Shown: piece after piece, positions 46,350 through 55,905 of the stretch
Layout: each line of letters begins with the position of its first letter
Numbering within the stretch: the stretch's first letter is position 1
IMG/VR virus record: IMGVR_UViG_3300032233_002382
Coordinates: 64,001-128,000 of that record
Reading direction: 5' to 3' (one strand)
Length of the DNA: 64,000 nt
From: a virus
Taxonomy: Duplodnaviria; Caudoviricetes
Translations under genes and position numbers: made by a program
Notes under the pieces: model-generated
Seen by the model: the letters and a program-made list of their open reading frames with translations, nothing else
Told to the model about the DNA's origin: nothing
Database searches by the model: none

Positions 46350-47358
46350 ATTTAGCAATCCAAGCTTCAGCATCCATGTACCCAAACGTTACATACAGAT
46401 CGTTATTCTGAAGCATCATTCCAGCTGCAAATTCTATCTTCATTTGCTCTTTTAGGAAGAATGGTTTACTGTAGGCGTTTATGAAGCCTTCGTGATTGCC
46501 GTGAATGAATCGGTGACTGTAAACGCGACCGGTCGGGAATTCTGCGACTTCGTGTATAATCCCGATGAAGCCACTTCCGTAGTTAACAAACTGACTACCT
46601 CCTCGGAAATGTTCGGCAAGGCTGCCCTGAAGTTCTACTGCCCTGGTTTTTAACTCGTTTCCATCGTAGACCGTCTGAACGCAACGGTTGAAATGACTGC
46701 TTGCATACAGCCATTTCATCTCGTTCGAGGGAACAATTGGCATCCAGTTCTTTTCTTGTCTGATGATTTTTGGCGTGATGATCGTTAGATCAGTGTACTC
46801 TTCCGTCGCTTCGTTAATTTTGGCCACTCCGATCCGACAACTACCATCGTAGGGAGCCACATCTCTGACCGTAGCAGACACGTGCAGGATACCGTTAATT
46901 TCGAATAAACGGGCATCCTCAAGACCCTCGACTGAAAATCCATTCGAGACATAGAACGGATCCTTTAGTACTGATCTTCTATATACTGAAAGATCCTCAT
47001 TACAATGTAATAAAATCGATTTCGTCCTGATCTTATTATTATCTTCTGGCGGCATGATGTAGTTGCCGCTATTATACTGGTAATTGGAGCTACGAACCAT
47101 AATAACAACGGAGCCATCGGATCTTCTTAAAATGCTTGGATTGAATAACGACCAATTAGGAAATGCAGGTGGTATGTCGATCTTGGCTAGAAATACCTCC
47201 ATGTACTTCGATAATTTCTGAATGTGCGGTGCCCTTGCAAGTCTTGCCCTGTAACAATTCATCTGATCAGTATTGTTGTTCAAGTACTGATCACAGGTCA
47301 AGATCATTGCTTCGTGCTGATCTGCCTGGTTTGGTGCGTTTAGATTGGTATCGGACAT
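46312..47358 (-). CDS. Five-bladed beta-propeller glycosidase-like protein (GH130/GH43 clan-like)
   Basis: FNPSI, GLEDARLF, EKNWMP, RGGSQ, IEFAAG, YVTFG..D. Confidence 0.7.
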   Translation of the reverse strand: MSDTNLNAPNQADQHEAMILTCDQYLNNNTDQMNCYRARLARAPHIQKLSKYMEVFLAKIDIPPAFPNWSLFNPSILRRSDGSVVIMVRSSNYQYNSGNYIMPPEDNNKIRTKSILLHCNEDLSVYRRSVLKDPFYVSNGFSVEGLEDARLFEINGILHVSATVRDVAPYDGSCRIGVAKINEATEEYTDLTIITPKIIRQEKNWMPIVPSNEMKWLYASSHFNRCVQTVYDGNELKTRAVELQGSLAEHFRGGSQFVNYGSGFIGIIHEVAEFPTGRVYSHRFIHGNHEGFINAYSKPFFLKEQMKIEFAAGMMLQNNDLYVTFGYMDAEAWIAKFSLLDVLKWMLN

Positions 47359-47379
47359 CTTTCACCCTGGGAGCTAATC

Positions 47380-48459
47380 GTGAAATTCGGTTCAATTACT
47401 TTATCAGGTAACAGCTCTTCCATCATCGCTGACGCCATTTCGTCAGTAGTTGATGTTGTCGATGTAGTGATTCTTATTGATACTGGTATTTCTGATGATA
47501 CTATACAGAAAGCAAGCCTAGCCGCGAAGGGCAAACTCGTTATTAAGAAATTCGCTTGGATAAATGACTTCTCGGCGGCACGCAATTATGCGCTCGAAGC
47601 GGCCAAAGAGGAGGGATGTGACTGGGCGATAATGTTAGACACTGATGAGCGGATCATTTGGAACGACGAGAATCTTACAGCCATATTAAACTCAAACACA
47701 GAAGATAAACGGAAATTTGACGTTGTGATGGTTAATTCAGTAGACGACTCATATAGCAAAGAGCGAATTTTTCGCATACCGGTTCGAGAAAAGTATTTTG
47801 GTCCGACTCATGAAACGTTCCCAGTGTATAAAGTCGGCGGTTTAATCGCCAAACGTTTAAAGTTCGTCGAGCTACCGAAATCAGACGAACAGTATCGAAA
47901 GAAATTCACTCGCGACCTCCAAATTCTTGAGAAGCACGTGCTCGAGAATCCTAAGGATCCGAGATGGTTTTATTATTTAGGAGATACTAACAAGAACTTA
48001 GGGAGATTCAAGGAAGCGATTCATGCATATGATGCTTGTTACAGAATTAACGGCTGGGATGAGGAATCTGCCTGGGCCTGCTACAGAATAGCGGAGTGTT
48101 TTGTAGCTCTAAAAGATCTTCAGTCGGCTTTAGATGCCTGTGCCAGAGGGATAGGACGACATCCAGGTATAGGCGAGTTATACTGGCTTGCTGGTTGGCT
48201 ATGTTTTCAGATGAACCAGTTCTCTAAAGCGGAGTATTGGTCATATCAGGCGATCAGCGCAGGGTTTCAAGAAGGCTTTGCTTCGAAAGTGTTCCGCATC
48301 GGATTCAGACATCCGATTGGACTGTATGATGGACCGTACGACGTTTTGCGCTGGTCACTACTAAAGCAGAATAAGCCAGTGTCTGAAGAACTTCAATCGA
48401 AATTGGTAAAGGCTATGGAGGCTAGAACAAATGGAATCAAAGCAGTCACCGGAATCTAA
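47380..48459 (-). CDS. Placeholder: not supported on minus strand (see plus-strand call)
   Basis: The supported ORF is on the plus strand; this entry records only that the antisense frame was checked and is not coding. Confidence 0.02.
47380..48459 (+). CDS. GT2-like glycosyltransferase + TPR repeats
   Basis: ILIDTG.SD.T, W.NDFSAARNYAL, W.IMLDTDE, HE; then R.WFYYLGD...LG...EAI..Y TPR helices. Confidence 0.85.
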   Translation: MKFGSITLSGNSSSIIADAISSVVDVVDVVILIDTGISDDTIQKASLAAKGKLVIKKFAWINDFSAARNYALEAAKEEGCDWAIMLDTDERIIWNDENLTAILNSNTEDKRKFDVVMVNSVDDSYSKERIFRIPVREKYFGPTHETFPVYKVGGLIAKRLKFVELPKSDEQYRKKFTRDLQILEKHVLENPKDPRWFYYLGDTNKNLGRFKEAIHAYDACYRINGWDEESAWACYRIAECFVALKDLQSALDACARGIGRHPGIGELYWLAGWLCFQMNQFSKAEYWSYQAISAGFQEGFASKVFRIGFRHPIGLYDGPYDVLRWSLLKQNKPVSEELQSKLVKAMEARTNGIKAVTGI

Positions 48460-48817
48460 TCAGCCGGAGTCTGGTGACCAGACCGTTGATACGATGTTGA
48501 AATTCCTTAAATCCCCTCGAAACACCTTTTTAGTCGGGGCTGTAGTCGGCGTGCTTTTTACTAATGCTTACAATATCCCTCACAATGCGGAAATCGAGGT
48601 ATGTAAAGCCACTGTTAAAGAACGCAATGAATTTATTACGAAGATGATAGAAGAGAATCGAATCGAAGCGGCTAGTCGGGAGAAATCTCTTGCTGCTCAG
48701 CGTGATTCATTCATCGAAATGGTAAGAGAAATGACTCAGAGAATGTCTCGCCAAACTATAACTCCGGTCATTGAATATAGATACCGGACTAAGCCTGCCG
48801 AAAGCACGAAAGAATAA
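48431..48817 (+). CDS. Single-TM coiled-coil protein (holin/spanin-like context)
   Basis: One hydrophobic segment then coiled coil; between lysis enzymes. Confidence 0.55.
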   Translation: MESKQSPESNQPESGDQTVDTMLKFLKSPRNTFLVGAVVGVLFTNAYNIPHNAEIEVCKATVKERNEFITKMIEENRIEAASREKSLAAQRDSFIEMVREMTQRMSRQTITPVIEYRYRTKPAESTKE

Positions 48818-48913
48818 ACGAGAGCTTCTCGTTCAATAGAATTTTTCTTCCTAGTGATATGTGATCATGCCTGATTTCCCAGGCATGAAATTCCGTATAT
48901 ATACGGAGGTCAC

Positions 48914-49570
48914 ATGTCACTCGTGCTCGCTTCACCCCTACCTAAAGGCGCTGAATACCTCGCCGATATTGCGGCGAAAGTCGCCCCTCAGGGCGGTGTT
49001 TCTCCGTATCTACTTCTCGGCATTCTTTATGCTGAATCAAATTTCGGCATGGCGCTTAAGCCGACCGGTCCATCTGGATCTGGCGACTTCATAGCCCGCC
49101 CCACTTCTCCAGATCGCGACAAGAGAATGGCTTCTAATCCGCTCCCTGGCGTGGTTAAGAAGACTCTGGCTGAGGGTATTAAAGCCCGTAAAATTGCTGG
49201 CCCCTGTGAAGCCTGGGTTCCCACCACCAACGGCTGGGGATGCGGCTTATTCCAAATCGATTATGAGGCCCACTACGAATTTTGCAAGTCTGGACAGTGG
49301 ACTGACCCCGAGAAGGCTTGTGCGTACGCGGTTGGAATTCTCAAGTCAGCTAGATCTTCACTCGTCAAATTAGTGCCTGGTATATCGGGCGTAAACCTGG
49401 ACCGCGCCATGATCGCCAGCTATAACGCTGGTGCTGGTCGTGTTTCGAAATTCCTGAAGGAGGGAAAGTCTCTCGATGACTGCACTTTCCACCCAGGGTA
49501 CGTCGACAAGATCTGCAATAAAGCCGACGCTCTTGCCGGTCATTCAGGTTCCTGGATGACTGTGGGGTAA
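48914..49570 (+). CDS. Lytic transglycosylase / lysozyme-like (SLT fold)
   Basis: ILYAESNFG catalytic Glu, GLFQID, ASYNAGAGRV; GGAGGT RBS. Confidence 0.8.
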   Translation: MSLVLASPLPKGAEYLADIAAKVAPQGGVSPYLLLGILYAESNFGMALKPTGPSGSGDFIARPTSPDRDKRMASNPLPGVVKKTLAEGIKARKIAGPCEAWVPTTNGWGCGLFQIDYEAHYEFCKSGQWTDPEKACAYAVGILKSARSSLVKLVPGISGVNLDRAMIASYNAGAGRVSKFLKEGKSLDDCTFHPGYVDKICNKADALAGHSGSWMTVG

Positions 49571-49603
49571 GAAAGACCTAATCAACGCCAAGAGGAGCGA
49601 AAA

Positions 49604-51964
49604 ATGCGTAAACATATTTTTAGTATAACTATTTCTTTTCTCCTCTTGGCTCCGGTGGTTAGTCCTGCACTAGACTCCGATTCGGATGGTCTAGATGACG
49701 CCGACGAAGTTTTAGCAGGACTACCACCGCTGGTTAGGGATTCTGATGCAGATGGTATGTGGGACGTATCAGATGATGATATGGATGGAGACGGGATACC
49801 CAATCTATCAGAGTGCAGCCTTGGCGCTACTACAGTCGTTTCTTTGGTAAATGGAAGCTTTGAATTACCAACATTTTCCGGCACAAACTTATTTTTCCCT
49901 ACTGAAGCTAATATGCCGGGATGGAAGTCTACAGCTCCGGACCACACCTTCGAGCTGTGGCCTAACGGAAATTTCAGTGGGTTTAACGCCTTAGACGGGC
50001 GAGTGTTTGTCGAACTGAATGCGAATTACGTTTCAACTCTATACCAAGACGTGCCCACCACACCGGGAAACAGATTTCTTTATTCGTTCGCCCATTCAGG
50101 ACGCCAGGGTACGGACACTATGGACTTCTTGCTGGGGACCCCAGGAGGCTCACTAGTCCAGCAGAGACGCTGCATAACTCCGGCCCGCACCTGGACTAGG
50201 TACAGCGGCGTTGTTCAGATTCCTGCAGGCCAAACCACCACCAGATTTGCATTTGCAAGCATCTCTTCCTCTTGTGGATCTTCATGTGGAAATTTCTTGG
50301 ATGCCATTAATTTTCGTCCCGCTTGTTTTTCTGATTTCGATCAAGACGGAATCCCAGACGCTCTAGACACTGACTCCGACAACGATGGTCTATCTGACCG
50401 CGTTGAGGGGATGTCGTTTTTCCGAATTGCCGACCGAGACGATGATGGGTGGCTAGACGGAAGCGATAACTGCCCATCTATATCAAACCCTAACCAAGCT
50501 GATTTAGATAGAGACGGTATTGGCGACCTATGTGACAATGATGACGACGGCGACGAGATCGCTGACAATATCGACAACTGTCCGCTTTACAGCAACTTTG
50601 ACCAATTAAACACCGACCATGATTTCTTCGGTGATGTTTGTGATGGTGATGATGATGGAGATTCCATAAGCGACGTAGTTGATAATTGTCCTCTGCATTA
50701 TAACGTAGCGCAAGAAGATCTAGACGGAGATTCAATAGGCGACATATGTGACCTAGACGATGATGGTGATGGGGCTAACGATGATGCGGACAATTGTCCT
50801 TGCCTGGCTAATCCTAGCCAGGCGAATCTAGATAACGATTCTGAAGGAGATGCTTGTGATAGCGATGACGACGGAGACATGGTACCGGATGATGTTGACA
50901 ACTGCTCAAGAATCGCTAATGCTGATCAGTCCGACATGGACCATGATTTAGTCGGTGACATGTGCGATAGTGATCTTGATGGAGATGGGCTTGGAAATGA
51001 TCTAGATAACTGTCCGAACATATCCAACGGCGATCAACGAAACATTGACGATGATGCATTTGGAGACTCATGCGACTTAGATAAAGATAATGACAGCATC
51101 TCAAATTCAGAAGACAACTGTGATGTCATACACAACCCACTACAGTCTGATATGGATCTAGACGGTATCGGCGATGAGTGTGACTCCGACGTTGACGGAG
51201 ATGAAATATCGAATCTAACGGACAACTGCCCCTTGCTTCGGAACGGAACTCAGTTTGACCAAGATCTCGATGGAATAGGAGACATCTGCGATCCGGATGT
51301 GGACGGAGATTCAGTTGTCGATGGTATCGACAACTGCCCTGGGGTGACAAACGCTAGTCAGAATGATACAGACTCAGACGGAATTGGAGATGCTTGCGAT
51401 GTAGATGCTGACGGCGACGGGATAGCGGACAATCATGATAACTGCACAGGGCTATCGAACGCTGACCAGACTGATACCGACACTGACGGGATTGGTGATA
51501 TGTGCGACCCCGACGCAGATGGCGACGGCGTTCCGAATATCGAGGAAGAGAAGATCGGGACAAATCCGCTTGTAGTCGATACTGATGGTGACGGGTATTC
51601 AGATGCCGAAGAAGCAAAGCAAGGTAGTAGTCCCACGGACCCTGGCCAAGTCCCACCGGGAATCTATTCAGGTGGGTGTTCTTCCTCTGGTCCCGTATCA
51701 ACTGGGTCGACTACGTTCGGGTCTAATGCTCCGAACGATCGATCATCCAGTGCTTTTTATGCCTTAGCTTTTATCCCACTCTTTATGCGTCGCAAGCGGA
51801 ACTTTTTCCTTGCTTTGTTGCTTGTTTCTTCGGTCGCTTCGGCAGACCAAGGTGTCCAAGTCTCCGTTCCGCGTGAATTAGAACTATCTTTGACTTCACC
51901 GGAGATAGGATCGGAATTCGTTACTGTGCCTTCCAGTCAATTTAAGGACGGCACCCATTTTTGA
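49604..51964 (+). CDS. Secreted surface protein: signal peptide, galactose-binding-like domain, thrombospondin type-3 repeats, MYXO-CTERM-like segment
   Basis: N-terminal signal peptide; NGSFE...PGW...ELNA domain; ~11 DNCP..xN.xQ.D.D.DG.GD.CD repeats; GGCS...hydrophobic helix-RRKR. Confidence 0.85.
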   Translation: MRKHIFSITISFLLLAPVVSPALDSDSDGLDDADEVLAGLPPLVRDSDADGMWDVSDDDMDGDGIPNLSECSLGATTVVSLVNGSFELPTFSGTNLFFPTEANMPGWKSTAPDHTFELWPNGNFSGFNALDGRVFVELNANYVSTLYQDVPTTPGNRFLYSFAHSGRQGTDTMDFLLGTPGGSLVQQRRCITPARTWTRYSGVVQIPAGQTTTRFAFASISSSCGSSCGNFLDAINFRPACFSDFDQDGIPDALDTDSDNDGLSDRVEGMSFFRIADRDDDGWLDGSDNCPSISNPNQADLDRDGIGDLCDNDDDGDEIADNIDNCPLYSNFDQLNTDHDFFGDVCDGDDDGDSISDVVDNCPLHYNVAQEDLDGDSIGDICDLDDDGDGANDDADNCPCLANPSQANLDNDSEGDACDSDDDGDMVPDDVDNCSRIANADQSDMDHDLVGDMCDSDLDGDGLGNDLDNCPNISNGDQRNIDDDAFGDSCDLDKDNDSISNSEDNCDVIHNPLQSDMDLDGIGDECDSDVDGDEISNLTDNCPLLRNGTQFDQDLDGIGDICDPDVDGDSVVDGIDNCPGVTNASQNDTDSDGIGDACDVDADGDGIADNHDNCTGLSNADQTDTDTDGIGDMCDPDADGDGVPNIEEEKIGTNPLVVDTDGDGYSDAEEAKQGSSPTDPGQVPPGIYSGGCSSSGPVSTGSTTFGSNAPNDRSSSAFYALAFIPLFMRRKRNFFLALLLVSSVASADQGVQVSVPRELELSLTSPEIGSEFVTVPSSQFKDGTHF

Positions 51965-53094
51965 TTGCCCCGCTGTTCTCGGTCGATCTATTAAGATGGA
52001 CTGGGCAGCGGGGCGAATCGCTAAATTTGATCCCAAATCTACTAAGTTCGAGCGCTGCTTTCGCTTACGCAGGGAAGTACTGGTTTGTGGGGTTGACCTC
52101 TGAACTAATTACGAGATTAGGCTCGGAGCGCATCGGTGGATTTCAGATCTTAAAACCAGAGGCGTTCGCAGGTGCTCAATTCCGAATCAAATTCCTATCT
52201 GCAAGTGTTCGGGCTGTAACGAATATTCCGATTTCCTATAATAGCTATTTCAACTCGAGCCAGTCTTTAAACGCGATTCTCGCTCTCGGTTTTAAAATCG
52301 ATAAGTTCGATGCTTCATTATCTTCTTCTTACGGCACTAGTGGATTACGCCTAAAGTCAGGCGTTAAGTATAGCTTGTTCGATTGGTTGGGGTTTTCGAT
52401 CGAATCAGATTTAAGCCACCAGATCGGAACGTATTCAGTGTTTCGACTCGGTAATAGATTTTCTGCTATCGCCGGAGTTGCATTCGCTGTAAAGAGCGGA
52501 CCCGGAATTCCTCGATTCGACTCCGTTTTAGGGGTTCGACTTGTACCACCCGATCCTGTGGATAGCCCGGCCGTGGTCGTTGAACGGCCACACCCAGTTG
52601 TTGTGTTGCCATTAGACCCAAAATCGGATCCAGAATCGATCGATTCGACTGCGATAGTCACACCCGTAATCCAGCCTGACGTAACCAGCGATCCCGACCT
52701 AGGCGCAAGCCCGTTGCCGGTTTTAAGTCCAGATCCTTCACCCGAGATCGTTTCGGAAGCGCCGTCTGAAATAAAACCGGTAGTTTCTAACGATATCAAG
52801 CTTCCTACAGTCGAACAGAAGAAGGTCGTATTCGATAAAACCGAGTTAAAGCAATTTGAGCTCATCGAAAAATGGCAGTACTTTCTGAAAGGTCACCCCG
52901 AGATCGAGTTAGTGAGCATTAATTTCGTCGGTGGAAAGATGAGTATGAATGAGGGCTACAACCGAATTAAAAAAGTCAAGGAATTTTTGATTTCTTCCGG
53001 TGTCGAGAAAGAAAGGATACGCCTCGGAAAAATGATTAAATTTTCGGGTGATCCGTACATAAGAATCGACATCATAAGAATCCGGGGTGAATAA
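51961..53094 (+). CDS. Outer-membrane beta-barrel-like region + Pro-rich linker + degenerate OmpA-like domain
   Basis: Alternating aromatic/hydrophobic strands; D/P-rich linker; R...V.EFL...GV..ERI; -1 frame relative to the upstream gene. Confidence 0.6.
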   Translation: MIAPLFSVDLLRWTGQRGESLNLIPNLLSSSAAFAYAGKYWFVGLTSELITRLGSERIGGFQILKPEAFAGAQFRIKFLSASVRAVTNIPISYNSYFNSSQSLNAILALGFKIDKFDASLSSSYGTSGLRLKSGVKYSLFDWLGFSIESDLSHQIGTYSVFRLGNRFSAIAGVAFAVKSGPGIPRFDSVLGVRLVPPDPVDSPAVVVERPHPVVVLPLDPKSDPESIDSTAIVTPVIQPDVTSDPDLGASPLPVLSPDPSPEIVSEAPSEIKPVVSNDIKLPTVEQKKVVFDKTELKQFELIEKWQYFLKGHPEIELVSINFVGGKMSMNEGYNRIKKVKEFLISSGVEKERIRLGKMIKFSGDPYIRIDIIRIRGE

Positions 53095-53831
53095 TGGAGG
53101 ATAATCGGCCCGTATGCGACATTACGCTAAATAAGGATGGATCGATACCATTCGAATCTATCGCTAACTTAGATCCTAACTGTCGAGTGCCTAAGGCTGT
53201 TAAGAATGTAATCATACCTATGGAAGGAGAGCGAGATTCTGTGAAGAATAAAAAACATACGGAGATAAAGACCACCGAAGAAGTTACCTTAAACCAGGAG
53301 GAAGTTCCAATGGCCCAGACCGAATCAGTAAAATCAGTAGACACCCAGGTTTCTGAAGCCCCCGCAACCGTAGCTACGGTAGGTGTCGACCAAGCTGTAA
53401 GTCAGGTAAAATCTCTTATACCGGCAGGGTCAGACGCCAGTCCGGCTTTGATGATTGGCGGGGCAGCGATTCTAGCAGTCGTGGGTGCTGCGATAAAATT
53501 TGGCCCGTCGATGCTAAAAGCTCGGGCTGAAAAGGCCGAAAGAGAACACGAAGCCAAGATGAAACAGCTCGAGATCGAAGAGAAGAAGAGCGAAAAACAG
53601 GAAGACCAGCACCAACAGTGCAATGCATCAAGGCTCGCTCTTGAAGCTAAGGTGGGTGCTCTCGCTTCTCAAGTCGAATCACTATCTGGCAAAGTGGAAA
53701 AATCAGGGTCCTCTTCGTTAAGTTTAGGAGATATGGACTCTGAAGAGCTAGTGGAAAAACTCGAAAAGCATGATAAAGCGATCAAAGCCCTCGATAAGAA
53801 TGTGAAGGCGTTAAAGAAAATATTAGGGTAG
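53094..53831 (+). CDS. Single-TM coiled-coil protein (strong internal start at 53310)
   Basis: AGGAGG before Met 53310; TM segment LMIGGAAILAVVGAAIKFG; coiled coil. Confidence 0.7.
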   Translation: MEDNRPVCDITLNKDGSIPFESIANLDPNCRVPKAVKNVIIPMEGERDSVKNKKHTEIKTTEEVTLNQEEVPMAQTESVKSVDTQVSEAPATVATVGVDQAVSQVKSLIPAGSDASPALMIGGAAILAVVGAAIKFGPSMLKARAEKAEREHEAKMKQLEIEEKKSEKQEDQHQQCNASRLALEAKVGALASQVESLSGKVEKSGSSSLSLGDMDSEELVEKLEKHDKAIKALDKNVKALKKILG

Positions 53832-53860
53832 TCAGACGGTTAATGGTGAGGAGGAATAAG

Positions 53861-54880
53861 ATGAAAACTAACAAACTGCTCCTCCTCACCATTGGTCTAA
53901 TGCTGTTGATAATCGGAATTCAACATAAACAGCTCCAAGATGCGAATAGTAAACTGACCAAAGTAATCGATCAAAAAGACATTGGCGGTGGGATAGTTCG
54001 GTCTTCCACGTCTGTAGGCACTAGCGCCGACATAGATTCGATGGCCTTGGATGCAGGCGTCGATATTTCTCGAATTCGTTCAGATGCCACCGACAACGGA
54101 GCAGTCGTTACTGGTATAAACGTTACGACCGCCAATACGTCTGGTTCCAACTCGACCAACGTTCGAAGCAGCCGCTCTAAGCCTCGAACGGATGTCGCCC
54201 AGCCGAATTTCGGATCGTGTGTTTGTCCTCCAAATCAAGGCTCAAGCTCGGATATAAAGATCCCACCACCTACGGCTCCCGCTTGTGCACCCGGAAGGTA
54301 CGAAAATTCGGAGCAGGTGTTGGATATTAACGAGCCTGTAACGGACCAAAATATCCCATTCGGGGAAGTCACTTTTAAGGCTTGGAAAGAGGATCCGTGG
54401 AGTCTATCAGTGTTCCCCCGAAGCTATAAATCATCCGTGGTATTTGCAGAGGATGATGATGGAAGAAAAATCGCATATTCGCACATGGAGATCATACAAG
54501 GAGATAATAAAGTCACCTTGCCGATTTCAACGGCCGAAATGGTCATGACCCCGAAACCAGCTAAGTTTAGGTGGGCGAGTCGACTTCATCTAGGGGTATC
54601 GGGAGGTATCCACACCACCCTTGGAATTACTGGTAATGCTGGTCTAGCATTTTACTTTGCTAATTACGGTTCAGACAAATTCCTGCCTGATTTCACTTTC
54701 ATCGGCGCTGGACTCGGATACGACTTCTTAAACTCATCTCCGGTCATATCATTAAACCCCGCATCCTATAGGATTGGTCAGCACTTACCCTTCGTACAGG
54801 ATTTATACTTGTCGCCACAATTGACGCTAGATCTGTCATTGAAGGTCGGTTTGCTAGTTTCGATATCGACTGCTTTATGA
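53861..54880 (+). CDS. Signal-anchored envelope protein, unknown function
   Basis: GAGGAGG RBS; N-terminal hydrophobic segment; C-terminal amphipathic beta-strands. Confidence 0.65.
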   Translation: MKTNKLLLLTIGLMLLIIGIQHKQLQDANSKLTKVIDQKDIGGGIVRSSTSVGTSADIDSMALDAGVDISRIRSDATDNGAVVTGINVTTANTSGSNSTNVRSSRSKPRTDVAQPNFGSCVCPPNQGSSSDIKIPPPTAPACAPGRYENSEQVLDINEPVTDQNIPFGEVTFKAWKEDPWSLSVFPRSYKSSVVFAEDDDGRKIAYSHMEIIQGDNKVTLPISTAEMVMTPKPAKFRWASRLHLGVSGGIHTTLGITGNAGLAFYFANYGSDKFLPDFTFIGAGLGYDFLNSSPVISLNPASYRIGQHLPFVQDLYLSPQLTLDLSLKVGLLVSISTAL

Positions 54881-55156
54881 CATAAACTCAGACAAGACGA
54901 CTTCTATTTCTTTTTTGGCTAAGTCAAGACTCTTAGCAGGGCCTTCTATCCAGGTCCTACCGTTTCGACTTATCCACCAATAAGCGTCAGATTTTGATAT
55001 TTGAATAGCAAACGCGTTGTGTTCACGGTCTATAGTCTTTGACCACCCCGATGGAAGCTCGACCCAACTTTTCGACTCGGTTCTAGTCACGGGTCTACGA
55101 ATTTTCGATAAAGCAAACCCGACGGCGAACGAAATTACCATACACACTATTATCAT
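54875..55156 (-). CDS. Hypothetical membrane-anchored protein
   Basis: 93 aa; N-terminal TM segment. Confidence 0.55.
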   Translation of the reverse strand: MIIVCMVISFAVGFALSKIRRPVTRTESKSWVELPSGWSKTIDREHNAFAIQISKSDAYWWISRNGRTWIEGPAKSLDLAKKEIEVVLSEFMS

Positions 55157-55164
55157 TTAATCCC

Positions 55165-55374
55165 CTAAGATACTATTACCAATCTTAATATATATCGGTC
55201 ATCTATCATGTGTTCAATACTGCATCGGATTTTCTTATAAAGGTAAGGTTCTATGACTGAAACAAGGTCCGAGTTTATAGCGATTTTAATTTGGTTTAAA
55301 GGACCCGTAACTAGATGAATCCAGTAAGCTTCGTTTTCATATTCTATTGAGCGAACTTCACCAGAAATAATCAC
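55165..55374 (-). CDS. Hypothetical protein
   Basis: 69 aa; packed ORF. Confidence 0.5.
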   Translation of the reverse strand: MIISGEVRSIEYENEAYWIHLVTGPLNQIKIAINSDLVSVIEPYLYKKIRCSIEHMIDDRYILRLVIVS

Positions 55375-55407
55375 GAATCATCCTGATTTATTTTACCGAG
55401 TTTAAAC

Positions 55408-55905
55408 ATGAAAAGAAAGTCAAGACGAGCCAGTGTGAAGAAGCAGGACCGAAACATTAAATACGGTGAAAACGGATATAGATTATGCCGATTTTGCCGG
55501 AAAGAGGTGAAACCTCCGAAAAGAACTATATGTAGTGCAGTCTGCTTACATGAATGGAAACTAAGGTCAGATGTCAAATATCTCAGGGATCATGTATATC
55601 AGAGAGATCTAGGTCAATGTGCTATCTGCAAGATAGACACAAGATACCAAAAAATCAAAGTCGAGGACCTAAAAAGATCAGCAAAGACATCTGGGGCAAA
55701 CGATGAACTTAATCAGTATTTAGCGGATATTCGGGTGACGCCGTTTGAGAGCAGCAAGTCTCTATGGCATGCAGATCATATACTGGCAGTTATGGACGGC
55801 GGCGGACAATGTGGAATCGACAACATCCGCACGTTGTGCGTCTCATGTCATAAGGGGGTAACACGAGACGCACAACGATCCCGCGCTAAGAAGGTAAAGC
55901 GATGA
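55408..55905 (+). CDS. HNH endonuclease with Zn-binding motifs
   Basis: CRFC...CS..C; CAIC; ADHI.AV.DGGG.C...N.RTLC..CH. Confidence 0.85.
   Translation: MKRKSRRASVKKQDRNIKYGENGYRLCRFCRKEVKPPKRTICSAVCLHEWKLRSDVKYLRDHVYQRDLGQCAICKIDTRYQKIKVEDLKRSAKTSGANDELNQYLADIRVTPFESSKSLWHADHILAVMDGGGQCGIDNIRTLCVSCHKGVTRDAQRSRAKKVKR

Noticed and set aside
39650-51620. Collagen and TSP3 repeats as DNA repeat arrays or mobile elements
   Set aside because: Codons are degenerate; repetition is at protein level.
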